From Balamuthia mandrillaris (taxonomy: Eukaryota), in NCBI GenBank assembly GCA_031835245.2, contig JAVKOQ020000117.1, positions 62,001 to 126,000 on the forward strand: DNA of 64,000 nt, given 5' to 3'. A program made the translations under genes and the position numbers. Below, in pieces: positions 1 to 12,470 of this stretch (its first letter is position 1; every line of letters starts with the position of its first letter). Under the pieces are notes generated by a model. It saw only the letters and a list, made by a program, of their open reading frames with translations, did no database searches and was not told the origin of the DNA.

Positions 1-342
1 CTTCTTCTATTTTGACTCGATCTTCATTCGAGGCAGCCCAACTGTTATCATGCATGTTAGTTCTCTTCTGACTCACCGTGTTAAGTATTCTTTACTTACT
101 TCTAGCTCTTTCACTACCAGTTATGAAATGCTGATAACAGAGAAATGCTACACATTTCGGCGTGGTAACACGCAAAGTTGCCAACGCTTGCTGGTACTGT
201 TGCGGCTGTTGAGCATTACCATCAAGCCTTTCTTGGACATGCTTCATTTATGGCTAACCTATGGCCAGCTCCAAGATCCGCATTCAGAATTTATTATCGC
301 TTTTTCGTACATCTCTCTTCTCTTTCTATGTATTTCTTCTTC

Positions 343-379
<37 letters not shown>

Positions 380-418
380 TTCTTCTTCCTCATCTTCTTC
401 TACTTCTTCTTGTTCTTC

Positions 419-450
<32 letters not shown>

Positions 451-2280
451 CTTCTTCTTCTTCTCTTCTTCTCTCTCTCTTGACTCACAACTCCATAGCA
501 AAGCAAACATGAATGGAGCAGAAACTATGGACTGGGAAATGGATTTTGTGCTACGAACACAACAAGTAGGCGATGAAGCCCTCTTTTTGCCATCCTTCTT
601 CAACAAAGAACAAGCCCAAAAAGCACTTCTTGCCGGAAAGAGCATGCGACTAGCGCGACAATGCAGCCCACATGCTTCCTTTGCAACTTTGATAGATAAT
701 GCGAAGACAAATCTGTTCAGCGATTTCATCTCTGCTTTGCGACGGTTCGTTGCGGAAGAGGAGATCGCGAATATCCAGCTACAACACCTATACACACCAA
801 ACAAGTTATCTTCTTGGAGCGATGAAGGGCCAGATTGCGTAGCTTGGATGTTGGCAAGTTCAGAGGAATCAGAGCGGCACGACGAACCCAAGCATAGCAA
901 CACATTGGCTTTTTTTCATCCCTCTCTCTTGCTAGAGAGTTGTTTGTTGCCATCGTTAGTACTGCGCTATGACGCAGCTCATTCCGCTTTGCTGAAACTT
1001 CTTACCGAGAAGTACAAGTTATGGGACCATATGCTTCGGCTTCGTCTTGCTTTCTTCATGCAAGATGCTAGTTTTTACCGTGAGCTTGTTCCTCATTTGT
1101 TGCAGCAGGTTTCGCCCTCTACTTCTCTCTCTCTCTCTCTCTCTCTCATCCTCTTCTTCCTCTAGCTCTTCTATGCTCCTCTCATCTCTCAACTTCAAGA
1201 CTTACTTTGAGTTGTTTCGGTTCCAGTTGAACGACGGGGACACCATCACTTTTGGTGATCAATTCGAGCTTAACTTATTGTTGCAAGATATGCTTGCTCT
1301 CTACTCGACCTCTTTTAAGCTCTCTTCATCATTATCGGTCGGTGGAGTTGAAGCCTCCTTGTCCCTACAGCTAAGCAACACTCGTAGTCATGGACTGGAT
1401 GATTTGCGGCTGCGTTACAATGTAACTTCTCTCCCCTGCTTCTCCTCTCTTTCTCGATCAATCAACTGAATGTTTACCTTAGCCGCCTTGGCCAATCAGT
1501 TTACTTCTGGACAATGAAGTGCAAGAAAAGTACAACAAAGTGTGGTTGTTGCTGCTACAGATACAAAAGGCCAAATACGGATTGGACATCGTGCTCCGTC
1601 AGTTGTCTTTCTATGGATGCACAAAGGGAGCAGCCCACCACCTTCATCTCCTTCGGGCCAAAATGCTTCATTTTGTTAATAGCTTTCAGGATTATATCAT
1701 GAATAGGGTATCAAACTACTTGCTTCTTTCTTCCTTCGTTCTTCTCCTTATCGTTCCTCATTAACACTTTTTGCCAAAGGCAATAGAGGCAGTATGGGTC
1801 GAATATAAGCCGTTGTTCACAAAAGCAAGAACTCTGGATGAGATTCTTGCCCTGCACCAACGCTTTCTCGCCAAGATAACCGATCGTTGTCTTTTGACAG
1901 AGCGAGCTGCTTCCGTGATGGCTGCCATAAAGAAGGCACTCGATGTCACAGGGGCTTTCAAGCGTCTCTCTTCTGCTTCTTCCACTTCTGCTTCGGTAGA
2001 AGGACGACAAATGAATGCGACTCGCTCGCTGCACGAACTTGGAGATGTCTTTCATCAACGGGTGCAGCTGCTGTGCACAGTGTTGCAAGGAGTGGTCAAG
2101 CAACAAAAGAGTCCTCATTGTGCGTTCTCTTGTCATCACCATCACCATCATCTCTCTTTCTCTCTGTCTCTCTCTTCTCTCGCTGATCTAACTTCTCTCG
2201 TTTCTTTTATGTTCTCAACAGTGGAAGATTTGCTGATGCGGCTGGACTTCAACGGGCATTACACGTCAACTCGGTCTTGA
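1..2280 (+). CDS. Gamma-tubulin complex component (Spc97/Spc98 family, GCP5/6-like), multi-exon, 5' partial
   Basis: Spliced exons give GCP motifs: WLTYGQLQDPHSEFII, LPSFFNKEQAQKALLAGKS, LWDHMLRLRLAFFMQ, LRLRYNVPPWPISLLL..YNKVWLLLLQIQKAKY, LRAKMLHFVNSFQDYIM, LDEILALHQRFL..ITDRCLL, LLMRLDFNGHY. Stop at 2278-2280. Confidence 0.85.
344..480 (+). repeat. Intronic poly-C run followed by (TTC)n microsatellite
   Basis: Directly visible. It generates spurious poly-P/F/S/L ORFs. Confidence 0.9.
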
Positions 2281-2827
2281 GTAAAACTATGTACTTGCAT
2301 ATCAACCAAAAAAAAAAATAAAAAGTGAGGGAGGGAAAGAAGTTAACATCTATTCGTCAGGTTTTGAATGTCGAATAAGAAAAAGACTTGGAGAGATAAG
2401 CGGTGCTGCAAATTTTATGCAAAAAGAAGCAAGATAATCTTGATTAGATGGCCTATTTTTTCGCTATTGGCCACCAAATGTCGCGTCGACACGCAAACCA
2501 CTGTGTCGTCACGAGATCATCACTATGACCCCTCTGGCTGGACTTTGTTTTTTTTATGTGTTGACGAAGACGAAGAGAGAAGAAAGAAAGTAGTGGGAGA
2601 GCTAGAGAGAGGGACTCTGCTCTTTCCTCCCTTCGGCCTGGTGGTGCTCGACAAAGGTATACCGCTGTTGCTGCTCAACAAAACGACGTAGAGATTTTCC
2701 TTCTTTTTTGTAAGCAGTGAACAAAACACCAACACCCCTGTTCGCAATCGTAAGACTTCCATCGCTGTCCTGTTTTTTTTTTGGGATTTTTTTGACCAAA
2801 AATCTCAAAGAAGTAGACAGCAACAAT

Positions 2828-5024
2828 ATGGACAAGTGTTCTTCTGGCTTCCCTCCAACCTCGCCGAGAGCGCCTTCCAGGACCGCCAAAGCAGGGGCAA
2901 CCGCGCAGCTCAAGGCCCAACAGCGAAAGAACTCTACGGGCACGTTTGACGATGACGTGCGGACGGTCATCGCCGCCATGAACAGCCCCAAGAATGGCAT
3001 TCCGCTACGAAAGAAAAGAAGAGGCATCAAAGTGTATAAGAGCGTATTCTCTGGTCTCTCATCTCCTCCCTCTATTTTCTGTCACACTTTTTTTTCCCTG
3101 ACTTACCATTTTATTTTTTTCGCAATGCATGGATTATAGGCAGCGAGGCTGTGAACTGGGTGCGACAAAACTTGGGTTGGCCAGAGCGAGAAACGAGCCA
3201 ATACCTCATGAAGACTCTTATGGTTTGTTCTCTCTCTCTCTCTCTCTCTCTCTTGAAGTTACCAAGCTGTATCTCCATTCTTTCTCCACTCTCTCACGTC
3301 TCTCTCCTTGCACTTTATCACTTTTGTTTCATTGGGTGACGTCTAACAATTTTGTTATATAGGAAATAGGATACTTAGAGAACATAGACAAAGAACCAGT
3401 TTTCTACGATAACGACAAGTCATATTATCGCATGGTTTGTTGCTTCTTCTACTTTTCTTCTTTTGATTGCTATTCATATTTCGTCATGCATACATTTGTA
3501 TGCTACAGGCTCCCATTTACATGATGCAGAGCACTATCAACGAGCATTTGGAGCATGCCACTATGCGAGTAAAAGCACACTTAGATAAACTTAGAGATTT
3601 AGGTACTTTGTTCTTTCCTCTGTCTATAAAATGTCCCTTTTGCTCACTAAACCTCATCTTGCAACTTTTCCTCTTTCCCATTCTCTTCACCTCACTCTAT
3701 GCAGTATCGGAAACTGGTGGACCTAAAGTGTTTACATTGTTAACCACATGGGAACACACTCACTCTGCTAACAAGCCAGAACTTGACGCAGAACTACTCA
3801 AAGAGTTAGACCTTGCACGACCTTCCTCCCCCTCTCCCTCGCCTCCCTCTCCTTCTTCTTCTTTATCCTTGTTGTCATCCTCATTGCCATCGCCCTCCAC
3901 CACCACCCAACTGAGCCCTCGCTCCGCCAAGTTGACCCCCGTCAAGTCCATGCAAGACATGACCGCCCACAAACAAAACCTCTCTGATTCTAACAACAAA
4001 GAGGAATCGCGAACTCAATCAATGTCCTCCGCTATACCTCCTCTTCGAGTGGAAGAGGCCCTTGCTGTGCAGGAGAAAAGCGGTAGCGTGGGCGCAGGGA
4101 GCAAGTGGCATAAAGCGCCCTCTGCGAGGGCGAGAGACAGCTCCGTCTCCATGCTGCTCTCGGCGCATGGCAGGAACACCGCAAGGCATGGAAGCCATCG
4201 ACTGTCCTCCACCATGATGGCGCAAGTACTCCTCAACGAGTCCAGCGAAGAGGCCACCTCACCTCCCTCTTCTTCCGACGCTTCTTTGGACATTACCAGC
4301 GAAGATTCCTCTCTCTCCTCACCCACTTCTTCTAGTACTTCTACTCCTGCTCCTGATTCTCCTTCTTCTACCAACCATAAAGACTCACCTTCTCCTGGCT
4401 CAAGTGGAGGAAGAGGAAATCGGTTCATTTCACCACGGAAGCCTTCCTCCTTATCAGCGGGTGATATATCAAGCGTGGAGGAACAACACAAAGCGGCCAT
4501 CTCGGCGCTGTTGGCCTCATCGCCAGCACCCGCATCTGCTACCACCTTTCACCAAGCTCGCGTCGTTCATGATTACACAGCCGAAGAAGACGACGAAGTA
4601 TCGCTAAAGTATGTATTGTTATTCTCTCTTCTGTCGCCTTTCTTTTTGCTCATGAGATTGGGTGTAATGTAGGAAGGGAGACATCATCGAGGTACACTTT
4701 ATGCACGAGTCGGGCTGGTGGACGGGTCTCACCAGTGAAGGATTTGGCCTCTTCCCCAACGGATTCGTAAAATTGCTGAGCGAGGAGGAGCAACAGGAGG
4801 AAAAAGAGAGCTTGGAAGAGGAGGTCGAGGAGGACGAGGAGAACGATAAGGAGCGGCTCATCGCGTCCATCAGAATGCTCATCCAGCAGAAATGGACGAC
4901 CACAAAGACCACGCAAGACCAGGAACAACTGCGAGACTATGCCGAACAGCTCACCACGGCTACGGAGAAATTGTTGGATTTGCTTTCTAGCTCCTCCTCC
5001 TCCTCTGCCCGGCCAAAAGGATGA
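2828..5024 (+). CDS. DEP domain + Ser/Pro-rich linker + SH3 domain + C-terminal helical/coiled segment, multi-exon
   Basis: DEP: GIPLRKKRRGIKVYKSVFSGSEAVNWVRQNL..LMEIGYLENI..FYDNDKSYYR. SH3: ARVVHDYTAEEDDEVSLKKGDIIEV..ESGWWTG..GLFPNGFVKLL. ATG at 2828, stop at 5024. Confidence 0.8.
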
Positions 5025-5405
5025 GGAGCAGCATCATCGTCTTTCTCTCTTTTTCTTCTTTATTTATTTGGCTTCCTTGTAGACTAAACCGCTTGAGGGG
5101 TTGCGTAAAACTAACAAACTAACCCTCGTCCTCGGACTTTGTCTTTTTGTCGACAAAATCCACACCAATCCCCAACCGCCTCCAAGGTTTGACCAATAGT
5201 CGAGCAGAAAAAAAAAACTAAGGCCTAACGGCTACTTTACACACAACCTCACCACAAAACGTACACAAAAAACCCCACCCAAAAAAAATAATTGAAAAAG
5301 CGCTCCACAAAAAGAACACACCACAAGAAGCTTTTTTGTGCAACGTGTGGAGGCGCCCAAGGGAACACCAAGAAGAAGAAAAGGGGAAAGAGGAGGTAAC
5401 ACAAC

Positions 5406-6749
5406 ATGAACACAAGTCCTGCAGTTGCCACGCCGCACCACGGAGGCAAGAAAAAGCTGTTGCCGCGCGCCGCTCGGCTGGCCTCCTCGCCCGCGAGCGG
5501 CTCCTCGGCGGCCTCGGCGCACGGCACGCAGCTGCCCGGCGTGGAGGAGCTCTTTCACCACACGGAGGACTTTAACGACCTGCCAGGGGAGGAGGTCTCG
5601 GCCCAGATCAAGAACAAGATCACGAGGAGCTTCCTCCAGGCCTTCTTCACCTTCTCGGACACGCCCGCCGCCTTGAAGACGGACTGCGTGGAGGCGGGCA
5701 AGGTCTACTGGTTCTACAACAGCCTGGTCCCTCTGCGCTTCAGGCAGCGGCGACAGGACTTTGGCAAATGCCGAGTGAACCTCATCATGGAGCAAGTGAA
5801 GGGCTCGGAGAAGATGGAAGTGGAAGGGGGAGCAGCGGGCGCTGCTGGGGCTGCCGCTGGAACGCCAGGAGCTGACGGTGCGGTGGTGGGCGTCCATCCG
5901 CCCCTCGGCAGCAAAGAGGACGTGACCATTGGCCAACAGCAGACACAAACCCCTCTGCCTCACGAGCTGGGCCTCTTGCCAACAAAGCATGCCCGGAGGG
6001 TCCTGGAGTCCCAGAAGGGAGGAGCCAAGATCTTTTGGGGCATGACGGGGCCTTACATCCCTCCTGTCAACCCCTTGGAGTTTGAGGACCTGAAGCGCTT
6101 CAGCGGAGGCATGATCGGGGACCTCACCCACCCGCAGGCCATGTTCGAGCTGGCCTATGAGGAGGCAAGGAAGGCTCACCTCCTCGGAGAGGCCTCTCCT
6201 CACTCTTCTCTTTCCATCTCCACACCTTCTCTTGCCAGCGGGGCAAACCTTCTTTCCGGCCTAGGCGGCCCCGACCGAAAGAGGAAGCGGGACCGCTTGT
6301 CCTACTCTGGCCTGGGAGACCTCGGTCATGACACATCGGTTCGCTACAACATAATCACCATTCCCTCCCTCTCCAAAGTGCTGTATCAGTTTGAGTTGGT
6401 GGGAGTGGAAGCCCCACGTTTCACCATCAGCAAGGTCAACCGCCACTGGAAGTTGGAGGCCCGTAGGAACGTCCTCCCTGCCGACATGGACGTACGCATC
6501 ATGCAGGAGGAGCTCTGGCGAGGGGAGCTCACGCTGGAGGGGCAGCTGCCACCAGAGGTCGACGTGGCTCAGACTCCCACTAAGCTCTACTCCAACGGCC
6601 TCCTCACCATCACCCTCTTTACGTTTAGTGAGAATGGGGATGCGGAGCAAGAGGCCCGTGAGGATCCACTCCAACAACACCATCACCACCCGGCCCCTGT
6701 AGAACAAGAAGTGGAGGTGGATGTCGAGGAAATTGTAGAAAGGGGATGA
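5406..6749 (+). CDS. Intronless 447-aa protein: putative RFX-like winged helix + NLS + C-terminal alpha-crystallin/Hsp20-like domain
   Basis: GC-rich clean ORF. C-terminal YQFELVGV..GELTLEGQLPPEVD..YSNGLLTITL resembles an ACD. N-terminal FLQAFF..VYWFY..QDFGK..RRVLESQKGGAKIFWGM resembles the RFX DBD. RKRKR is a candidate NLS. Confidence 0.65.
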   Translation: MNTSPAVATPHHGGKKKLLPRAARLASSPASGSSAASAHGTQLPGVEELFHHTEDFNDLPGEEVSAQIKNKITRSFLQAFFTFSDTPAALKTDCVEAGKVYWFYNSLVPLRFRQRRQDFGKCRVNLIMEQVKGSEKMEVEGGAAGAAGAAAGTPGADGAVVGVHPPLGSKEDVTIGQQQTQTPLPHELGLLPTKHARRVLESQKGGAKIFWGMTGPYIPPVNPLEFEDLKRFSGGMIGDLTHPQAMFELAYEEARKAHLLGEASPHSSLSISTPSLASGANLLSGLGGPDRKRKRDRLSYSGLGDLGHDTSVRYNIITIPSLSKVLYQFELVGVEAPRFTISKVNRHWKLEARRNVLPADMDVRIMQEELWRGELTLEGQLPPEVDVAQTPTKLYSNGLLTITLFTFSENGDAEQEAREDPLQQHHHHPAPVEQEVEVDVEEIVERG

Positions 6750-6884
6750 TCTCCATCCTTTTGTTTGCTTTTTTATTATTTTTTGAATTATATTTCTTCC
6801 TTTGCTCTTTGTATCCTTTTGTGTTATCTGTTTCAAAAAGACTATTTCAAGACTAGTTCAAGTGAAACTGCATTAACAACGTTG

Positions 6885-7680
6885 TTAGGGAAGGACAATG
6901 GAGAATTGGTTGTAAAGGCCACCATTGTTAGCGACATTGTTGTGGGTCTGGTACACGCGCAGCTGGTCCCCTTTCTTGAAGGTGAACAGCTCGTTGATCT
7001 GCGTTTTGGCTGTGTAGTTCGTGCTCATGCAATTGTAGCTTTGGCTAACTTCAGTGTCGTTGAGTTGAAGGGCCATGTACACTCCATTCTGTGAGTTAGC
7101 AACGGTAGTTCTTATCATGACAAGGTGGTAAGTCCATCCTTCCTTATGGTGACGGTGTCGTTGGTGTGGGACTGGGTGTGCACTCGAAAGTGATTACTGT
7201 CGATGTGCTTTATTTTGTGCCACTGCCAGTACTCACCACTGCCATCCAGCTGGCCGTTCTTCAGCTTGAGGCATGGAGAGCCTCTTCCCCTTCGTTTCTC
7301 CAGAAGTGATTCCAGTTGATTCGTTACCTGCTCTTTCAGCTCGGGCAGCAAGTAAAAGTTGCGCAGTCCGCCAGAAGCTTCTTTGCCATGGAAGGAGGTT
7401 CCACAGTGTGTCCTACGCGAAGAGTGATGACACCGTTTTTGTTTTGAGCGTCGAGCTGGCGCAGGACATGATCCACATGCTTCTCCCTCTCCGCAACGAC
7501 GCGTTCTCGCTCTTCCAGCTGCTTGGTCTTTTCGGCAAAGGGGTCATGCAGCAGTTGCTTGAGACCCTCCCCAAAGAAGCCCAAGGCCGGGTCAGCCGCT
7601 GGTTCCGTTCGTTCTGCTCCAGCCCCAATTCCTCCTTGAGCAACCTCTTCTTCACTGTCGACTTGTTTCTTCTTCTCCCT
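6885..7680 (-). pseudogene. Disrupted KCTD-type BTB + C1q/TNF-like beta-sandwich gene
   Basis: One protein is spread over three frames. The BTB start VITLRVG joins almost directly to the BTB end LLADC-NFYLLPEL, with a frameshift near 7360. A second frameshift lies near 7130 (DGL-YHLVMIRTT). AGG stands at 7680 in the A-rich start context. Confidence 0.6.
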
Positions 7681-8172
7681 TTTTTTTTATTTTTTCCTCG
7701 TTGGATCTGTTTTCCGAAACACGTCACGCAAATATAAATTGGAGTTAATTTCCTAAACAAGCACATAAAACGTAGACAATCGTAATCAGGTATAGAAAAA
7801 CGCGGAAAACTGGCTTGTGCTTTGCCTGGATGGAGAGGAGGAAAAGGCCTCTACCGAGGCAAGGGAGCGCGCACCTTCCCAACGGCCGTCTCGAGGGGGA
7901 GTCAGTGTGGATGACCGAGCTCTTGGTCATAAAGCAACTAGTTGCCCCGCCGCCGGTTTCACCCACGTTTAGCTAGAGAAAAAGAATTTCGGCTAGGAAA
8001 AACTTAATTGCCGGCGTCATTACACTCAGGCAATTACACCGAAAAGTATTAAGACTCTTTCTTTTTTTCTTTTTGCATTGTCTTTTCCTCCCCCGTTGGC
8101 CGGTCAACAGAGAAGAAACGCTCAACAAGAAGGAGGAAGGAGGAGGGGGAGACGGCTTCTCACACGCAAAAA

Positions 8173-9030
8173 ATGGCGGGCAGGCATAGCGGCGAATATT
8201 ACAGTAACCACATGTATCCGGTTATCCAAGAACCCTATAACGAAAAGCTCCCTTTATTGTCTCCCGAAAGCGATGGGCGAGACGCCAACACAGGCAAGAA
8301 CAAGTTGTGGCGCCTCCTTCGGGGCGTGGACTGGCTCTCTCCCCTTCTTACGGTTGGCGTGGTGACGGGCGTGGCCACGCAGACCGTGTCGCTGCCGCTG
8401 TGGCTCAAGACGTTTGACGCCAAGTCGGGAGGGCCTTACTTTGTCCTCATCTTTTGCAGCTTTGTGTTCGCGGTGGGGTTTGGCTTGCACACGGGGATCT
8501 GGAAGTTGATCGGCTACGGACGAAACACACCTGCCTTTCGGTATGCTGTATCTCTCTTTTTTGTGTTTGTCAAACTGGTCATCTTTTTCTGCTTCCTTAC
8601 ATTTTAGTCGTTGCATTCTTTCTTCCTTTGTTGTTTCACACAAGGACGTACTGGTGGATGCTTATATTGAACGGCGTCTTCAACGGACTCAATGGACTTC
8701 TTTTGGTGTACGCCAGTCCGGAGAACCGAACGCCTCCTTTGCTGCAGCCTCTCTTAGTGAACGTATGTCACACTTGCTTTCTAATCAAGCAAAGTTATTC
8801 TCATTTCTTTTTTCTACTATCTTTCTGTCTTCATTCGTCTTTCTTCTTTCTTCTGTTTTCTTCTTTCCCATTCTTCATTCTTTGCTTCTTTCTTCCATTG
8901 ACCTCTTTCGTTTATAGACGGGTATTTTGTGGAGCATGATTTGCACTCGCATCTTCATCGGCAAGAAAGATGGAGCTTTACCTTAGTTCGTTTCTCTCTC
9001 TCTCTTTCTCTCTCTCTTACTTCCTTTCTT

Positions 9031-9067
<37 letters not shown>

Positions 9068-10173
9068 AGATGGGAGCCAATATTGGCCTTGGTGCTTGTG
9101 GTGAGCGGTATTATGCTTTCGCTGAGTCCTACCATCCATGCTGTTGGTTTGTCGATCCTGTTGTTTGTATTTTTGGCTTTCAAGGCTCCTTTGAGTTCTC
9201 TTATACATGGTTTGCCAATACAGTGGAGGGCAAGCAGAAGCTGATGCAACATGACGGAGGATTGATGTGGGCCTTCATCTTCATGTTGGCTGTTGCTCCC
9301 GGTGCCATTGCCAACGTTGTCCAAGAAAAGTTCTTGGTACATTTCATTACTCTTCTTTTCTTGTTCCGTTCTCTTCAGTTAACAAAAAAAAACTAAACAA
9401 GAAAACGAGAGCTCGCAAAGTGGAAGAAACAGGCGAAGACAGGAACAGATCTTATGACATGTTGGTAATGCTGTGGTGGGGCAGCGTCTTTCAGTTCTTG
9501 ACCCTTGCATTCTGTTGGTGGATGGACACCATTCCTCATTACGGTTTCTCCGAGACTCCCAAAGACGTTTATATGTGCGTGTTACTCTCTCTCTCTCTCT
9601 CACTTCCTTTCTTACCTCTCTCTCTCTCTCACTCCCACTCTCACTCACTCCCTCCTCTCTCCCTCTCTCCCTCCCTCTCTTGGCACTGAATGAATGATCT
9701 CTTGTTTCATAGCAACTTGGGCAACTCTTTCAAATGCTTCTTTGGAGTGTCTGATGGCTGCGAACAGTGCTGGTGGCACGGAGTCATCTTCATCGCCGGC
9801 TTCTTTTGCACCTACTACTGTGCCGCTGGCCTGAATGAATCCTCTGCCAACTACAATCTGGTTTCTTTCTCTTCTTTTTATTACTTCATTTGTCTCCTTC
9901 TCCTTCTCCTTCTCCATATGCATTTATTTGCTTATCATGTTCTGCTTTTGTTTTCAGATTGCAACAACACTGGGAAGCCCGGCAGCAGCATTCTTTTGGA
10001 TCATCTTTCCCTCTCTCACCAACTCCGAGAAAACTCCCTTATGGAGCGTTCTTCCCGCCCTCTTCTTGCTCATGGTGGGCTCCTTCCTTTGGAAGTGGTG
10101 GGAGAACCGGGAGCGTGCCAAAATGGCAGCCGCTCAAAAGACTGTCGGAGAGGAGCTTTCCATCAACATCTAA
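8173..10173 (+). CDS. CRT-like (chloroquine-resistance-transporter-like, DMT superfamily) multipass transporter, multi-exon
   Basis: About 10 hydrophobic helices. Motifs: GVFNGLNGLLLVYASPENRTPPLLQPLL, AVAPGAIANVVQEK, WMDTIPHYGFS, CFFG...C..C, LNESSANYN. N-terminal EKLPLL resembles a dileucine sorting signal. Confidence 0.75.
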
Positions 10174-10515
10174 AACAGAAAAAACATATAGCCGGTCTGG
10201 TTTGGTTTCGCTTTACAACACAAGGACTGCAAAAGTATGAGAGAGAGAGAGAGAGCAGGGAGAGAGAGGGAGGGAGGGAGAGAGAGAGAGAGAAGCGGAG
10301 AGAGGGAGAAGAGGAGAGGAGGAGAAGAGGCGAGTGATGCATGTATGTCGACAAAAACCTCCAAATTAGCAGAACAGAAAGAGAAGGGAAGAAGCAGAGG
10401 AGAAGGGAAGAAGGGACAAGGAGAGCCACAGGAGAGAAAAGAAGAAGCCAGCCGGTCTTGTTCTCATCGCTCTCTTACTCTTTTTTGTTTGTTTTTGTTA
10501 TTCTATTCTGTACAT

Positions 10516-11956
10516 ATGAAGCTCTTTCATAAACTGATGGGGAAGGACGGCGCCTCCTCCTCCTCCTCCTCCAATACTTCTGACAAAGACAAGGCCTCCT
10601 CCTCCTCCTCCTCCTCTCCTTCCCTTCACACCTTCCTCAGCAGCACCCACCCGAAACACAACCACTTTCGAGAGGATGGGGACCTCCTCTTCACCGAGGA
10701 CTACATCCAAGAGGTCCTCCGCAAGGAGGAGGAGGAGCGCAGGGAGCGGGAGGAGAGGATGAAGAACTGGGAGAAGGAGTGCTACGCCCGCTCCCACCAG
10801 CGTCACAGGGCTGGCGGGGCGGCCGGCGTAGGCTTTGCGCACCTGCGCGGAGGCAACCATTCGGACGGGGAGGGCACCTCCTACCTCCACGAGGTGGATT
10901 ACGACGATGAGATGGACTGCGCGGCGAGCGATGACGACACTGACCCCACCTCCTTTGCCGCCCTGAGGAACTCCTCGGAGGGGTTCCCCTTCCAACGGCC
11001 TGGAGAGTACCATAATTCCTCCCCTGGAGGCATGCCCACGTTCGTTGCCTCTTAGTCCTTTTCTTCTTGTTCTTCTTCATTTTCTTGTTCTTCTTCTTCT
11101 TCTTGTTCTTCTTCTTGTTCTTCTTCTTCTTCTTCTTCTTCTTCTTCTTGTTCTTCTTCTTCTTGTTCTTCTTCTTCTTCTTGTTCTTCTTCTTCTTCTT
11201 CTTCTTGTTCTTGTTCTTGTTCTTGTTCTTGTTCTTCTTCTTCTTCTTCTTCTTCTTCTTCTTCTTCTTCTTGCTGTTCTTCTTGTTGTTGCTTGTTTTG
11301 TATTCCTTCTTTCAACTTCTCCTCGTCGTTGTTGTCGTCGCCTTCGTCTTCTTCTTGTTGTCCTTCTTCTCTTCTTCTTCTTGTTGTCCTTCCTGGTCTT
11401 CATGCTCATTTGTTGTGCTGTTCTGTTGTAAACAACGAATAGTAGAACAATATTGGGCGGTGAAGTGCCAACGTTGGTGAGCCTTCACGACTCTAACGAC
11501 TCCCCGCTGCGCAGCTCTGCTGAGAGTACTCCCGATTGGTACTATGGCGATGAGGAAAGCGGTGTCCTGGTAGATGGAAGAAGACCAGCATTCGTCTCAG
11601 CCTCCTCCCCGGAAGTTGAACGTAGAGGTTTTTCAACTGTTGACATTAGTAAATATGAACAGCACTTAGACCGACCCTTGGGGTTCCTCCCAAGGGCTCC
11701 GCTAGGAGTAGTAAGCTACAGTGATGGAGACAGCGGGCAAGACTCAAATGCAACCACAAGCGATGACGACGACGGTGATGAAGAAGGTGGTAATGAAGGC
11801 GATGACGATGACGATGATGAAGAGGGAAGCAGCGATAAAGAAGAAGGGACCGCTGTCGAGGCCTCAAACAACTTTGATGAGGGAAGAGAACAAGAACCGA
11901 GGGGCGGCAGTGATGGCGGTGGCGATCATCCTAGCACGAGGACTGAACAAGCTTAA
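10516..11956 (+). CDS. Hypothetical acidic low-complexity protein (2 exons; intron 11040-11442)
   Basis: ATG at 10516 opens a GC-rich exon. A phase-2 GT-AG intron filled with TTC repeats joins in frame to the 11453-11956 ORF. No recognisable domain. Confidence 0.55.
11060..11400 (+). repeat. (TTC/TTG)n intronic microsatellite
   Basis: Directly visible. Confidence 0.9.
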
Positions 11957-12463
11957 CCGAAAAAAAAAGAATGAAGGAAGGACATCAACATTGTAAATAC
12001 AAGAAAGAAGAGAGACCGGATCGATCCTCGCTGCTTCCACTCCAGCTTCTTTCTTAGATATACATAACAAATCCTTTTGTTCTCCTCCCTCTTCCTCTTC
12101 TCTCTTCTCTCTTCTCTCCTATCCTCTCTTCGCATGTCTACTAAAATTGGTTTTTGTAGACATTAAATTTGTAGACATTAATCAGATTGGATCTCCAATA
12201 AATATCAATGAAAATTTCCCTTATTTGGAGAAATGTGTACAAATTATCTTTATTTGGTGACTTTATGACGTGTTATTATCTTTATTTGGTGAAAAAAATG
12301 GGACGTTGCCATGGAAATACTATTTTTGGTTGGATTCGGTTCTTTGAACTTTCAAAGAAAGCATCCTAAAGTTTAAACTTGTTCAAAGAAAGCAGGAAGA
12401 AAAAAGTCCGTTTTTATCGGAACAGAAAAAAATAGGATATCCAAACGGCCAAAAGCATCCGCT

Positions 12464-12470
12464 TTATAAA
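12464..12470 (+). promoter_or_regulatory. Putative TATA box of the Rac gene
   Basis: TTATAAA about 165 bp upstream of ATG 12633, followed by a pyrimidine-rich initiator-like stretch. Confidence 0.45.

Noticed and set aside
178..512. Poly-P/L/S ORFs
   Set aside because: Translations of the intronic poly-C and TTC microsatellite.
5232..6203. 323-aa minus-strand ORF
   Set aside because: Antisense shadow of the GC-rich 5406-6749 gene; no motifs.
11045..11480. Poly-L/F/E/R ORFs on both strands
   Set aside because: Intronic TTC repeat.
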